From Diadema antillarum (Eukaryota), in the NCBI RefSeq assembly GCF_040938485.1, contig NW_027271177.1, positions 310,001 through 374,000 on the forward strand: 64,000 nucleotides of DNA, written 5' to 3'. The notes beneath the pieces were generated by a model. That model saw only the letters and a list, made by a program, of their open reading frames with translations, was not told the origin of the DNA and made no database searches. Each line of letters begins with the position of its first letter. The first letter of the stretch is position 1. Of the stretch, positions 38,411 through 51,017 are shown piece after piece. Position numbers and translations under genes: made by a program.

Positions 38411-39294
38411 TGCATATGAGGGAGCTTTGTAAGTGAAAGATCTGCTGCACACTCTGTGATAAATTATTTGGAAATATACGTCAATCTCAAAAGTGTACAA
38501 AGTATATTGTAAGGGATCCAGTATATAGCGGAGCTTTTGCAGGTTTATGAGTGCAATTCAACGATCTGGGTCATAGCTCTGGCGGCATTTGGTCAATTTT
38601 CCATGAAGAAAGTTCGAGATTTGTTCGAGATCTTGAAAATTCGTGGGGGACAGATGATTTGTCTGCCCAAACACTCCCATAGGGGCGGGGCAAATGCCCC
38701 TTTGCCTCCCCCCAGATAGATTCGACGCCCCTGCATCCCTTAGTATACCCATAGATGTATCCTGACTGAGTCAGCAGAGTCATCGTCGTTTCTCAGGAAT
38801 GATTCAGGAATTAATGGAGAGGGTTCAATTACGGCGGTATAGTTTTTGTTATTGTTTGTTTGTTTGTTTTTCGTACATATTTTGCAGATGGTCCCGAGTT
38901 GCTCGCGTCATAGCACGTTTACATGTAGGTCTATATCTATTGACGTTGTTAACGTCTGGGCCATTCCTTACAGTGTATGTCGATTATTACTTTCTTCAGC
39001 GCTTGAGAAAAATATGTATTTACACAACATCCTACAAGATAGAATACTGTTCAGTTCTGTTACCTGTATTTCGGGGGGGGGGGGGAGGGATTCATACCCC
39101 CATCCCCTAGTATTTACGCCCATGCCTTGTACTCGTGGTAGGGTCATTGTCATGCTACTTAAATTCTGCAACATTGAATCGTGATATTTTGCAAATTGTA
39201 TAAGCTTGCGTACTGATCATGGAAGATAGTAAAAAAAAACACTACAAATACAAATGTGCGAGCTTTTTTTTTCTTACGATTGACACCCATGACA

Positions 39295-39470
39295 CTATGT
39301 GACCGTGCACCACAAAACGAACAAAAAGTCGTACAAACTGATTTTGTGTGAGGACTGAAAATAAGTGAAATGGGCCAACTTAACCGATCTTGAGTTTTTC
39401 ATATTTTCTGACAGAGCAAGTCTTCTTCTACATTATGCTAAAATTTGGGATCATAAAACGGGTAGAAAAG
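39295..39470. repeat. Interspersed repeat; other copies at about 11560-11720 (reverse) and 14410-14560
   Basis: Shared ATATTTTCTGA.AGAGCA.GTCTTCTTCTACATTAT.CTAAA.TTTG and TGTGACCGTGCA.CACAAAAC motifs. Confidence 0.6.
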
Positions 39471-42378
39471 TGTGTTTTTTAGCAGTTTATCTTGAACATG
39501 TTTTGGTAGAATAGTGTTATCAGGTGTGTTTTTAGAGTCCCTTTTTCATTTCTTAAGAACCTTGTGCGTACTCTTCACTTTCAACTCTGATAACTTTTTA
39601 AAGGATGATGCTACTGCTTTGAAAGTTAGCATCAATTATGAACAAAATATGTTGATAAGGCACGCTCAATTTCAGTTTAATCTGATAATCTCTTCATTAT
39701 TGTTACTTTTGTGGTTCACATCCTGTTTTTTGTCCCATTCATTGCACAGCCAGCGCGGCTTGGTAAAGATTTAGTTAGCGCTTGAATAGACACTGCACTT
39801 CAGAGCCTCTTTTCTCAGTTCACACTTTTCCTGAGTGTGTGTTTTCATTTCAATATTCAGATAAAAATATGAGAGTCCATTTGATTTGAGTTATACATCA
39901 TTTTAAAACTTAAAGTCTGCTATTTTAGACTATGCTCTTAACTAAAATTTCATGTCTGGCGACTTTCTGTGCGTTTTGTGATGCAGGATCACCTATAGTC
40001 TGTGGCAACATCTGACAGATTTTAGGATTTGTTAGGATTTAGCCCCCCCCCCAAAAAAAAAAAGCCCAAGCTATTTTGACCCTTCCCAAGCACGGGGGGG
40101 GGGGGGGGGGGGGGGGGGGCTAACTTTTTTTAAAAATCATTTAATGTATCACCGTCATATTTGGCACATGGATAGAGCAACTCACATGCTGCATGACCGT
40201 ACATTTGAATTTTCTCATGGTCACCCATGGAGGGCGCTATTTACGAGAAACGATAAAGAAATACAAAGGAAATATGCTAAAAACATGATTTTCCTGTGTA
40301 ATATCTTCATCCCGGTATACATGTCTTATTATAGACCAATCATTCTCATATTTGCCACAAATGATAAGTAAGTAGAATCTCATTATTGGCTATGGTGGAA
40401 ATTTCTCAAGATCATCACATGGAGCGCTATTCATATGACATAAAAAATACATTTTGAGACCTGTGACCTGGGATAGGTAGGCGTACATGTATAGTTATCA
40501 CATTTCACATTTGCATGATATTGGAATTTTGAGTTTGTAGATAGATAATAATTGATTATGATAATGTAATGATATTACAGCCATAACTGGAGTGAAGGAA
40601 TCAAAATGATTCATTATAGAAGGGCAATCGTTGTAAAAAGCGGGTTTTTTATTTTCGCTATCAACGTTTGATGCTTTTGTCACATACAAACAATGGACAT
40701 GATAAGAAAAACATTTTTAGGACCATAATCACTTCACATGTTGCTTCTCCAGCAAATTTCAGCCCAGAAACGCCCATTCCATTCATTGTAATTTTGTTAA
40801 TTGAAAGTGGAACAGAAAAAAAAAAATGAATCTGACTGACATGGTTATCAGTTTATGGTTGCCATGGTAGCCAGCAATATCAAATATAGCTAAATGTATA
40901 TCGAAATGTTTGCAATAAGATGTTAGGATAGGTCACTAAATCTGGTTGAAATTGGATAGAGGGCAAAGGAAAGGCAAATGAAAATCGGAACGGGCTCAGT
41001 GCCCCCCTCCCCTTAATGGGCTTTAAAGGGTTAAGCTTATGGGGAAGGGTATGAAACTTTAAGTTACGAGTACTTAATTATTAAAACAACATAAGAATTG
41101 AATATTTCCTTGTGAACAATAGCAATAGCGTAGCAACAGAAATGCTATTAAAATAATAAGAAAAAGAAGGAAGAAAAAAATAATGTACGTACTGCTGTCA
41201 ATATGTATGTGAATACGTGTGTACTTAAACTCTGTCTCCCTAATATGTGATACATAAATATGAAATGTGATATTGGCACATTATGGAAACAGGTCTCCCA
41301 GAGATACTTGTTTTTCAAAGTGTCTCCCTAAGGTGGACTCTTGGGTTAGAAAACCTAAAGGAGACAAAATTATCACTTTTAGAATAAATATCTGAAATGA
41401 ATTTTCTTGGCTCCAATTTATATTTCGGATTAAAAAGAGATCTTCATTTCCAATGTTTTAACGTAATATGCAAAAATAGAAACTACGACAAAATCACTCT
41501 TTTCAGGGTTTACCATATTGTCGCTGTAAGGTATGTATTTCACGAACGTCTCCCTAANNNNNNNNNNNNNNNNNNNNNNNNNNNNNNNNNNNNNNNNNNN
41601 NNNNNNNNNNNNNNNNNNNNNNNNNNNNNNNNNNNNNNNNNNNNNNNNNNNNNNNNNNNNNNNNNNNNNNNNNNNNNNNNNNNNNNNNNNNNNNNNNNAC
41701 TTCCAAAAAACTATAAAATATAAGGTATTTGCAGACGGTGAAATGCAAACTGTGCTACGATGTAGCCCAATATGTTCATTGGGGTCAAAGTCCAAAGGTA
41801 TACAGTGTATACTCATCAGAACGTTCTCTATAGAGTCACGCGGAGTATCTCTCGATGTACAATACTCGCGGATTTAAATAAATATGACAAGTACTAGTAC
41901 GCGAATGTCCATGAAATCACATGTTTGACGTGGTGTGAAGGTATTCTATCTGTGCGTAAGTATACATCATCCCCATCTATGGTGAACTGAGACAACCAAG
42001 GGTTTTGACACACGGCTTGCGTTCGTACAATGATTGGCGTACATGTAGTAACAAACCTTGTCTCTGCAACTGCATTACTGGAATTTGAACCTAAATGACC
42101 AAGTGTGGCATTATCCAGTCTGTGACTGTGGATCTGTGATTAAGGCATTTACAATACATCCACCTCGATAGGCCTCAACAAAATATTGCATCTGGGAACA
42201 ACAGCCGCCAGAACTCGACGAAAGCGGACCAGAAATTTGAGAGTATATCGCAGTCATCTTATCAAGGGAGCCATAGTGGGCTCCGGGACCCCTGTCAAAG
42301 GAACTCAGAGCTCCCGCGGGCGCCGCTGTCAGGAGAACCGTTATTATTGATACTGTACTCGATGGTCGACGATCAGTC

Positions 42379-42501
42379 ATGGACCCAGTCAGTATCAGTG
42401 GACGGCAGGGCCAAACAGTGACCAGCGCCCGCTGTAACAGAAACAACAATGAGAGTAGAGACCAGGGGAACGGATACGAATGGAACATACCTCTCGACGA
42501 G
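42379..42501 (+). CDS. Probable first coding exon of the APD1-4-like membrane protein
   Basis: gtcATGG start, 41 codons MDPVSISG...WNIPLDE, then GAG|GTAATA donor in phase 0. This matches the phase-0 acceptor at 44037. Confidence 0.6.
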
Positions 42502-44037
42502 GTAATAGTTATGATTAGCCATGGTATAGACATCATTGAGAATAGTCTAGACCTGCGAACAGTCAAAACACTCTAAAAATGTCTACCTTATTTTATGTCA
42601 AAGATTTAAAACCTTATCAAAACTTGCCATATTTGTAAAACTTATGTTATAGTGATAACAAATCTAAAAGGTAGAAATTTTACAACGTATACGTGAATCA
42701 TCATACACCTACATGTTTCACATTGTGCAGACGATATAAATTCATGTTTATAGTCATGTTGTAAATATGTTATGCTTTACATCTTGATGAAATCTTTGAA
42801 GGCTTCCGTGGCGGTAGAACGTTGGGTGGCAGAAGCCTGCACCAAGTATTTTTTCTTGGTTATGTGGTGTCCCTGAAAAAGGCCCTTATACTCACTTCCC
42901 TCATTTCGGCAAGCATGTTCTTACCCTTATGAAGAGAATGAGTTATTAGAAGAAAATACTCACTCTCTAAAATACTAATTATTCATTCTCTTCAAAATAG
43001 CACGAACATGCTCGCCGAAAAGTCGGGAGTGAGTAGGCTCTTTTCAGGGTCATGTACATACCCAAAAAAGAATAGGTGGTGCAACGTTAAGTCTTCTATA
43101 CCACTTTATTTTCTTGCATACGCTTTTTCTGAACTGCCATCTTGTCGTGTTTTCTTTACTTGTTTTTCCACCACTCTTATTCATATTACTTGTATTTTGT
43201 TAAACTTTCAGATTTGATTTATAATATTGTATTTCTTATGATCCAAAAGGGGTTAACAGAAACGAAGAAAAAAAGTTCAGAGTTCAAGTGAACAAAAAGT
43301 GAGAGTGTGAGGGTAATACTTTGCGAGGGAGCGACGAGACGGGATAGGAGAGGTTCATGTTTGCTAAAAGAGGCTTCTACATTTTCATCAAATAATGGTG
43401 CAATCAAATGCCTGACTTTTGGTTTATTTCTCCACACACTTTAGACTCATTCTCGTCTTGAGTAAGATTTAAAAGAGGCGATTGATTTTAGTTCGAAAGT
43501 ACGCGGATGTTAAAAAAAACCGTGTCAATTTCGGGACCCATTTTCTTCCGGTAATGACTATATTATTTATATCTGATAACTAATTCCATTAAATTGGGCT
43601 CGGTAGGTAGGTAGGAGTACATTCCTTCTAGGATTGAAAACACACCGGGTCAAGCTTTAAGCATTCATTGACATTATCATATTCTTTTCTCTACAATCAA
43701 GAGTGATTTTGTTTTCAGACATCAGAGTGAAATTTGTGAGTCTCATCGGTGCATGTGATCTCCATGGTCTCACAAAAGTGTAATGCCTTTTGCACTAGTT
43801 CGTTTCCGCAGTGATCCAACAATATCTTGACTTTTTATTCAGAATGAAAAAACGAGAATTCTTGTTGGATTTTCCTGAAAAAAAACCCCACACAATTTGG
43901 AGTACTGTCTGACTTTTATTAAGATGCGGATTTCTTCCTCTCTTAAAAATGTTAAAAGGTACATGCTGTCATAACACACGACATTTTTCAGCGTTCATTG
44001 ACCCTTATCTATTTGTTGTTTCATTAACTAAATACAG

Positions 44038-45411
44038 GTTTTCGACTGCGACTCTGCCCCTGAGTGCTGTCAGAAGTTTTACTATAAACACAGAAATGTG
44101 TCTAAGAAAACAAGGGTGGCCATCGCGTTCGTCATCGTCGGCATCGCGGTTGTCATCACGGCTATCGTCGTCCGATTCTCACTCGGTCCCGTCAACGTCT
44201 TGCTGGGGGCGGGCGACCAGCGGCCGATAGTCGGGAACGAGGACAACTTCTCACCTCTTCTCTGCTCGCAGTACAAAGTGACGGCTTCCAATATGATCTC
44301 CAATCCGGTCCCTTTATCTTCTCCGTCGTCCTCATCGACATCCTCGACATCCTCATCGGCATCCTCGACATCATCGCAGTCGTCTGTGCAATCACTACAA
44401 TCTGCCTCAGAGGGCCTTCGCTTCACTGCCTACATGCTTTTAGACACTCCTTATAAAAATTATCGCACCAATTCGTATGTCAAGGAGGAAACAATGCTGT
44501 TTCCAAGTGATAACTACTTGAATTATTGGGCTTTGTACTTGAGTTCTGGATCAGAGGTTACAGTATCATTGTGTGCAGCTAACCATACTGAAATAAAGCT
44601 AACAGTCGTTCAAGGAAGAAATGAGATTGAAGAGATCATCAATCATGGCGATGTTCCAGAAACGGCAGATCACGTTTTTGGACTCTGTACGTCCCTTCAA
44701 CAGAATTCTTACCGGTTTTCAGTGAATTCTGGATCCGACGATTTTGGCTTTGTCTTCACATTGGAGGAGACGGGTGTCAGTGGCGGGGATGCTTACACCA
44801 TTCCTCTCTCCTTCTCTGTACGACGGAGCGCTCTTGTGTTCGACAAGTACGCCCTCTATGCTGAATGCAAGGATATGGTGCAGTGCTCGCTCCCGATGCC
44901 GAATCAGGCGGACGCTGTGATGCTGACCATGCGAGAGAATGCCACCACGTGGCCAATCAACGTCCGCGCAGAGTGCGTGCCAGCTATCGGAATGTACTGC
45001 GCGTTTTTCGTCGGCATACCCGTTGGTATTGCGGTGATCTTACTCAGCTGCGTCGGAGTTCTTTATCTCTGCGAGCAATCTATCTTACGGGATGTCGAAC
45101 GCGCAGATCGTCTCCGTAACACCATGGCCTCACGCTCATCATCGTTCGGAGGTCGCAGAAGTTCTCAAAGAAACACTGAGACTTCTACGAACTCGACCAC
45201 GGCAAGGCGCTCGTTCCGCACAACAACTTCGCCGAGAGCACCACTTGTAGACCACGATGTAATGTCGGCGATGGCGGAGGTCAACCGTCAACGAGACCTA
45301 CCACCACTATACGGCGACATCAAGCGTGTATCGACGGCCGTGAGCGACAACGACAGATCTCAATCCGATAACGACGAGCCACCCCCTACTTACGACAGCG
45401 TCGCCACCTAA
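44038..45411 (+). CDS. Two-TM protein with an APD1-4 N/middle-like (DUF4792/DUF4793-like) luminal domain, no RING, and two C-terminal PPxY motifs; main exon
   Basis: The 44098 ORF starts at GTG. The frame is open back to the acceptor aaatacag|GTT at 44038, with an in-frame TAA just upstream. TM1 VAIAFVIVGIAVVITAIVVRF, then GPVNVLLG..., YWALYLSSGSEVTVSLC, ECKDMVQCSLP, TM2 MYCAFFVGIPVGIAVILLSCVGVLYLC, and a tail with PPLY and PPTY. The family assignment is from recalled motif resemblance. Confidence 0.8.
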   Translation, partial: VFDCDSAPECCQKFYYKHRNVSKKTRVAIAFVIVGIAVVITAIVVRFSLGPVNVLLGAGDQRPIVGNEDNFSPLLCSQYKVTASNMISNPVPLSSPSSSSTSSTSSSASSTSSQSSVQSLQSASEGLRFTAYMLLDTPYKNYRTNSYVKEETMLFPSDNYLNYWALYLSSGSEVTVSLCAANHTEIKLTVVQGRNEIEEIINHGDVPETADHVFGLCTSLQQNSYRFSVNSGSDDFGFVFTLEETGVSGGDAYTIPLSFSVRRSALVFDKYALYAECKDMVQCSLPMPNQADAVMLTMRENATTWPINVRAECVPAIGMYCAFFVGIPVGIAVILLSCVGVLYLCEQSILRDVERADRLRNTMASRSSSFGGRRSSQRNTETSTNSTTARRSFRTTTSPRAPLVDHDVMSAMAEVNRQRDLPPLYGDIKRVSTAVSDNDRSQSDNDEPPPTYDSVAT

Positions 45412-46162
45412 TTGGATGTCATTTGTATTGACATAATCCTACATGGAGTATACAATACTGTATTCAGACTTATAGATTTTATAGTACTGTGTATTGTACT
45501 GTAGTTGTAATGTCCATTTGTTTTTGTTTTTTGCTTTTTTTGGTAAAAAAGCATGTCAGCAAAACAAATATCCATGATATGGACAATAAGTGACTGAAAT
45601 GAATAAATGAAATGAGTGAATATACGGCAAGCTGCCGAAAATGGAACCTGCCTTCTACTGCTTCCGGGACAGGAGTAAGCACCAGCAGGATCAAATTAAT
45701 GTTCGAAATACCGCCGTCGTAATAAGAAGGAATATACTCATGGTTGGGTATACGTCACTTCCGGTGATGCTGGAGTAACTCTTGAAAAAAACCCACAATA
45801 ACCCAAAAAACAACAAACGGTTCTCTTGGACATAAGTAGGCGTACACGTACGTGGAGATGGAGTGTGAATCGGTGTGCCGGAATACTGTGCATGTACAAG
45901 CATATACAGTGTATGAATCTACCCGGAGATACAGACGACACGGTGTTGGTGTTCAGAATCCTCGATCTACCAATCTTTTTTTTTTTCGTAATTTGTCCAT
46001 GATATTCTTGTTTTCTGCCAGTTTCATGGAATGTCAAAGCCAACCACTGAAAAAAGTAGATAATTTCGTCTCAAAATACGCCGATCGCGGGTTTGTTTTC
46101 ACTCCAGCCGCTGCTAATCATCCGGATGTCTGACCATGAGAATAATTACGTAAACAAAAGTC

Positions 46163-46260
46163 TTTCACATCAGCCCGATAAAAATCCAAGCTCGAAATAT
46201 TTTTTGATTACCCAAGTCAGAAAATAGCGCGCTATTTCGAAACATCGGGCTGATGTGAAA
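46163..46260. mobile_element. Small MITE-like element with 17-bp perfect inverted repeats
   Basis: TTTCACATCAGCCCGAT / ATCGGGCTGATGTGAAA. Confidence 0.55.
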
Positions 46261-48687
46261 ACGCTTACTGTATGATCAAAGTGTAAATGTTCAATGGTTG
46301 AGGTAATGGTTGGATAGGTAGAGGGTTAACGGTACTCCCCCCCCCCCCCCCACCAAAGGAACAATCCCGGAACTCTCGAAAGTCATAGGATTTCTTGTGT
46401 TCAAATCTGACTCAAAACTTCGACAAAAAAAGAACAAAAAGAGAGATAGTAGATTATGTGAAAAAAAACACATTTTCTCTATGTGTGCCAAAAACACGGT
46501 CACCCAGATGTATCAAAACCCATGAAATGAAATTATTTTATCCATTTGATATGCTACTCTTTATTCAACTATTCTTACATCAAGTACTAGTATTGTGTGA
46601 ATGCCAACAGTATTTGACATCTCATGTACAATCAAGTGCAATAATTGCTCTAGAATACCACAGCCAGATAAGATTTATGTGCGCATGAATTAATGTTGTA
46701 ATAAGCATTGCCTTATTATGAAGCTTTTAAATGTGAAATATTATCTTTTTCAGTCTTACTGTGTCTAAACAAGTTCTCTCATACCCTATTTCAGACTCTC
46801 ACTTTCATTGAAAAAAGTATGCAATTACACTACATGTACGCTATACATATATACGACATAAATGATTATACACTATCAAAATACATGTATCTGATATGAT
46901 TATGTATATAATGTGATTATAAACGTTATGTATATATAATATGATTATAGAGATTATATGTATTATTATGTTGTGGATGTAAAATACATATCAAATATTT
47001 TCAGTATACTGTATTCGTGTGGTAAATATATCTTCATGTATTCACAATTTCCATTAAAATAGGGGAAAAGATCTTGCTGATATATTTATCAAGATCAAAT
47101 TAACATTTAGTTTACATCCAGACTATCAAAAAGACAATACAATTCATTATTGTTGTTTTTCAGCATTTCAATTATCTGCAGTCCTCTTGAAGTTCCCCTA
47201 TATTCTATTTTTTTTTTTACCACCCAATGTCCTCATGAAAACGCCTATGTCCTTTTGTATTATATCCATAGTCGTCATGTCTAACCGTCAGTGTTGAGTT
47301 TATTTTCCGTCTCTTATTTCTTAAACAAACAAATTAGAGGAACCCGCAGTCTGAAATTTTTTCTCGCTACTGTTCCTCGGTATTCACAGTGAATGTCAAT
47401 TCTATTAGAATGAAATACAATGCTATTTGAAAATATGTTTAAATTCATAATCTTCTATTCACAGATATAAACGACGTGCCTCTCCATACATTGATTCTAC
47501 TATATCCCTTGTTCAGGTCGAGTATGAGCGAAAGAAAGAAAAAAAGAAACGAAGGATTAAAGAAATGTCGCTGATTTCACAAAGATAGTTGTCTCAAATT
47601 ATTATTTGTTCTGTTCGTTTCTATGCACGACAACACGTTGTTTGTTACAAGCATGATATTGATAATAATGTAGTCGCGACAGATATAAGGACATACTACA
47701 TCACAAACATGTAATTACAATTTCCATACATGTAATGTTAGCCAGACCTTGTATGTCTAAATGTCGAAATGACCTCTGTATCAGAATTCCAGCAGTTATG
47801 AAACTGCACAGAACCTAACTACAATGGATTCAGTTTGTATTTCATCATTTTATAAAATAGGAAACGGATTCTTAGAACAAATATGCTGTACTATCTTGCG
47901 TTCCTTGGAGTAGTTAACATCTCAACAACACAAAGCTGCAGACCTGCTGCGTAAACCGATATGTTTGCATTCCGGCGGAAAATATGCATATAAGGTATAC
48001 TACGAGCAAATTCTTGATTTATCTGTCTTCGTGTTGAAATCAGCCGATTCAACAAATAAATGCGAAATATATCAGGATAAGTATTAGAATCGATTAAAAA
48101 AAAACCTAAATCCTCTAAAGCAGAATCAGAACCAAGAAAAAAAGAAAGAAGGTCAGGCAGGCCTGAATTTGGTAAATAACTCAAGTACATCAAGCAAATA
48201 ATAACAATTTCCGTACTGTATGGTAAGCATCTCGTCAAACAGAGGTCACGATGTTACGTGATTCGCTTTTCGTTACGCAAGCTGCAGTTAGTGACCAACG
48301 TGCTCTGAAAGAAAGTTCAAAACGAGTTTCGTAAGTACGCCCTCTAGCGTTTCCCTCGTAATAGGACGGTCATTGCTATTTTTGACCACTGTTTCTAAGC
48401 TTGGGGTTTGGAGCGGGCGGCACACCTCACGATTGGTGACGCACGAAAAGCCACTTTGTGTAATGGAGTGTTCGAAAGGGAATAGTCTTGATCAATACAA
48501 ATCAGACACAATAGAAAGGGTGATGAGGTGGGTGATGGTACGAATTCACAATAGAGACATCTACTGCTGCACAGAATGTAGTTTGCATATTGATTGGACC
48601 CAGTGGTGGTAAAGTCTTTCTCAGCTCAAATGGGCAACCATATATATTCCTCCAATTCCAATAAGAAGAGTGTGCAAGGTTGTGCGT

Positions 48688-48731
<44 letters not shown>

Positions 48732-50661
48732 GTGTGTGAGTGTGAGTGTGTGTAGAGTGGAGGGGTGTTTAATGGGACGCGTGCAGGAGTGTAATAGAAC
48801 ATAAGGCAGCACAGAGATAAAAAAAGAAGATCATCTTCTGCTGATCTGGCGGATCACGCAATTCTGCCGAAAGAGAAAATTTACTCTTCAGTTATCAATA
48901 TCATTCATAATATTTCAGGCATATATTACAAATCAAATTACTATTATTACATTATTTTTTCTTCCTGACATCTTAGCCACACAAATTGAATCTGCTATGA
49001 AAAGCGCCTTTCTTTTTTTTTTTTAATTTGTAAAATTATCCAGCCAACGTGGCCAATGCTAAAGATATTGAGTGACGAATATTGAAGTGTCGAAGCGAAT
49101 GGCATTATTGAACAATGCAAACGAAAGAAAGAAAGAAAGAAAGAAAGAAAGAATGATGGAAGACACAGATGAGGGTACTTGCACAAGACAAAAAGGTGCT
49201 GGATGTAACTTTGAAAAAGGGATGATCTTGTAATCTGGCAAGCTGAGATAAAAAACAAAACAAAACCACACGACAGTGACCTACAAATTGCATTACCTTT
49301 GGGCTAGATTCCGCGATTGTATTCAAATGTACGATATGGGAAAGAGGCGATTTTCAGAAGAATTGAATTAACATTTTTGTTATCAAACAATATTGATTGA
49401 ACACAAAGATATCACGGTAGGCCTATTCGTCAACGCTTATATTCGACATGCTATAAGGTCCATATTCTGCTAAAGATTAAATAAACTTGTTTGATAAGAA
49501 GCTGAAGGTATAACATCATCACCGGGAGCTGGATAAAGAAAGTGACACACACACAAACAAACACAAAGAAACAACCAAAAACACAAAACGTAGAAATGCA
49601 ACGAAAAGGTTAAGAAGTGAAAAAAAGTATTTGAATAAACAATAAAACAAGGAAAAGGGCAAACAAACAGATAGGTCCAAAGGATAGACGAATTCTGATG
49701 ACATTATCAAAACAAAGAAAGAAAAGCACAGGAAGCGAAACATCAATTAAACAACAATCAATCAAACAAAAACAAAACAGTATAGCCCGGAAAACAAACG
49801 ATTTTGAATGTCATTACAATGAAAATAGAACTTAAAAAAAAAACACACGCAAAAGAAGCTGAAGAGGAAACTGAACCAACAAGCAATGAACAAAACAACA
49901 ACAAATCAACCAGGAAAACAGACGAATCATTACGTTATTACGATGATGTCGCGTCTTTCAATCCTTGATCTACTTACATCACGTGCTGATGAGATCTCGT
50001 GGTGCTTATAAATCATCGTCTCCGGCTCAGGCAGAGTACTAACAACGGTCTGAGATATCATCATGGTAACCAGCCATCTGCCAGCCAGCCAGCAAGCTAG
50101 CAGACGACTACAACGACTTTTCGGAGGCGCAGCAGCAGAGAAAGAATATGAAGACTTTGAAAGAGCGGAACAAACATGACAAAAAGTAAGTTTTGTCATT
50201 TTGAGTTGTAAATTATAATAGTAACATTATGTGTTTCGGAAACCACTGCTTTTTTCTCTTTTTTCATCATTCAATGAGTTGATTACGTAATCACTACATT
50301 TGAATTTTCTGCAACGCATTCCAATTTGTCAAACTACACCCATTTTAACACATTTAAACGCTATGTTTTCTTCTTTCTGTAGTTGAAAGAAGTCTCTTCA
50401 GCTTTCAAAAACGAAGTTGATGGCAGAGGCGATATATATATATATATAATCAATATTCCAGGATATATTCAAAATATATATCTTTATAGTTTTTGTTTCA
50501 CTTCCTTTCATCCGACAAGGATTATCTGAAATCAAAAGCCAGTCGATATGCTGCTAGCAGTATTCCAACTCTTCATCTGGACAAAATAGTTTTGATGTCA
50601 GTGCATGCTACATTGAAAATTTGAGAAGTTAGAAATGAAGTGCTTTGTTTAAGAAGATTAA

Positions 50662-51017
50662 AGGGGATGGCTAGTAAATGATCAGTGGGAATCAGTGGGA
50701 ATGCTGGGGGATGATTGTTCCAATTCTTGTGGAATTCATTTAAGAGTACATTATATATCTACTGTTGTGTGAAAATTATTTGCTTCAGAATGGTCTCATA
50801 TTCAAGTAATGTGCAGTTTAATGGTTCCAGGCTAGCATGCCTGTACAGTGACGGGGCATTTAATTGCACATTACTTGAATATGAGACCATTCTGAAGCAA
50901 ATAATTTTCACACAACATAGATATATAATGTACTCTTAAATGAAACCCACAAGGATTGGAACAATCATCCTCCAGCATTCCCACTGATTTCCACTGATCA
51001 TTTACTAGCCATCCCCT
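50662..51017. mobile_element. Kolobok-like fold-back non-autonomous element (TTAA TSD)
   Basis: TTAA|AGGGG ... CCCCT|TTAA; arms of about 154 bp (50662-50815 / 50865-51017) with few mismatches and a spacer of about 49 bp. Confidence 0.75.

Noticed and set aside
40040-41035. Possible piggyBac-like element ending GGG|TTAA at about 41030
   Set aside because: No matching TTAA|CCC left end found; cannot delimit or classify it.
44098-44100. ORF-track start of the 437-aa protein (and 25440 for the sulfotransferase)
   Set aside because: These are GTG and TTG codons. The first is internal to a spliced exon starting at 44038; the second precedes the real ATG at 25485.
44082-44426. Acidic minus-strand ORF; likewise 59701..60051 (-) and 25178..25552 (-)
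   Set aside because: Antisense shadows of, or overlaps with, real plus-strand coding exons.
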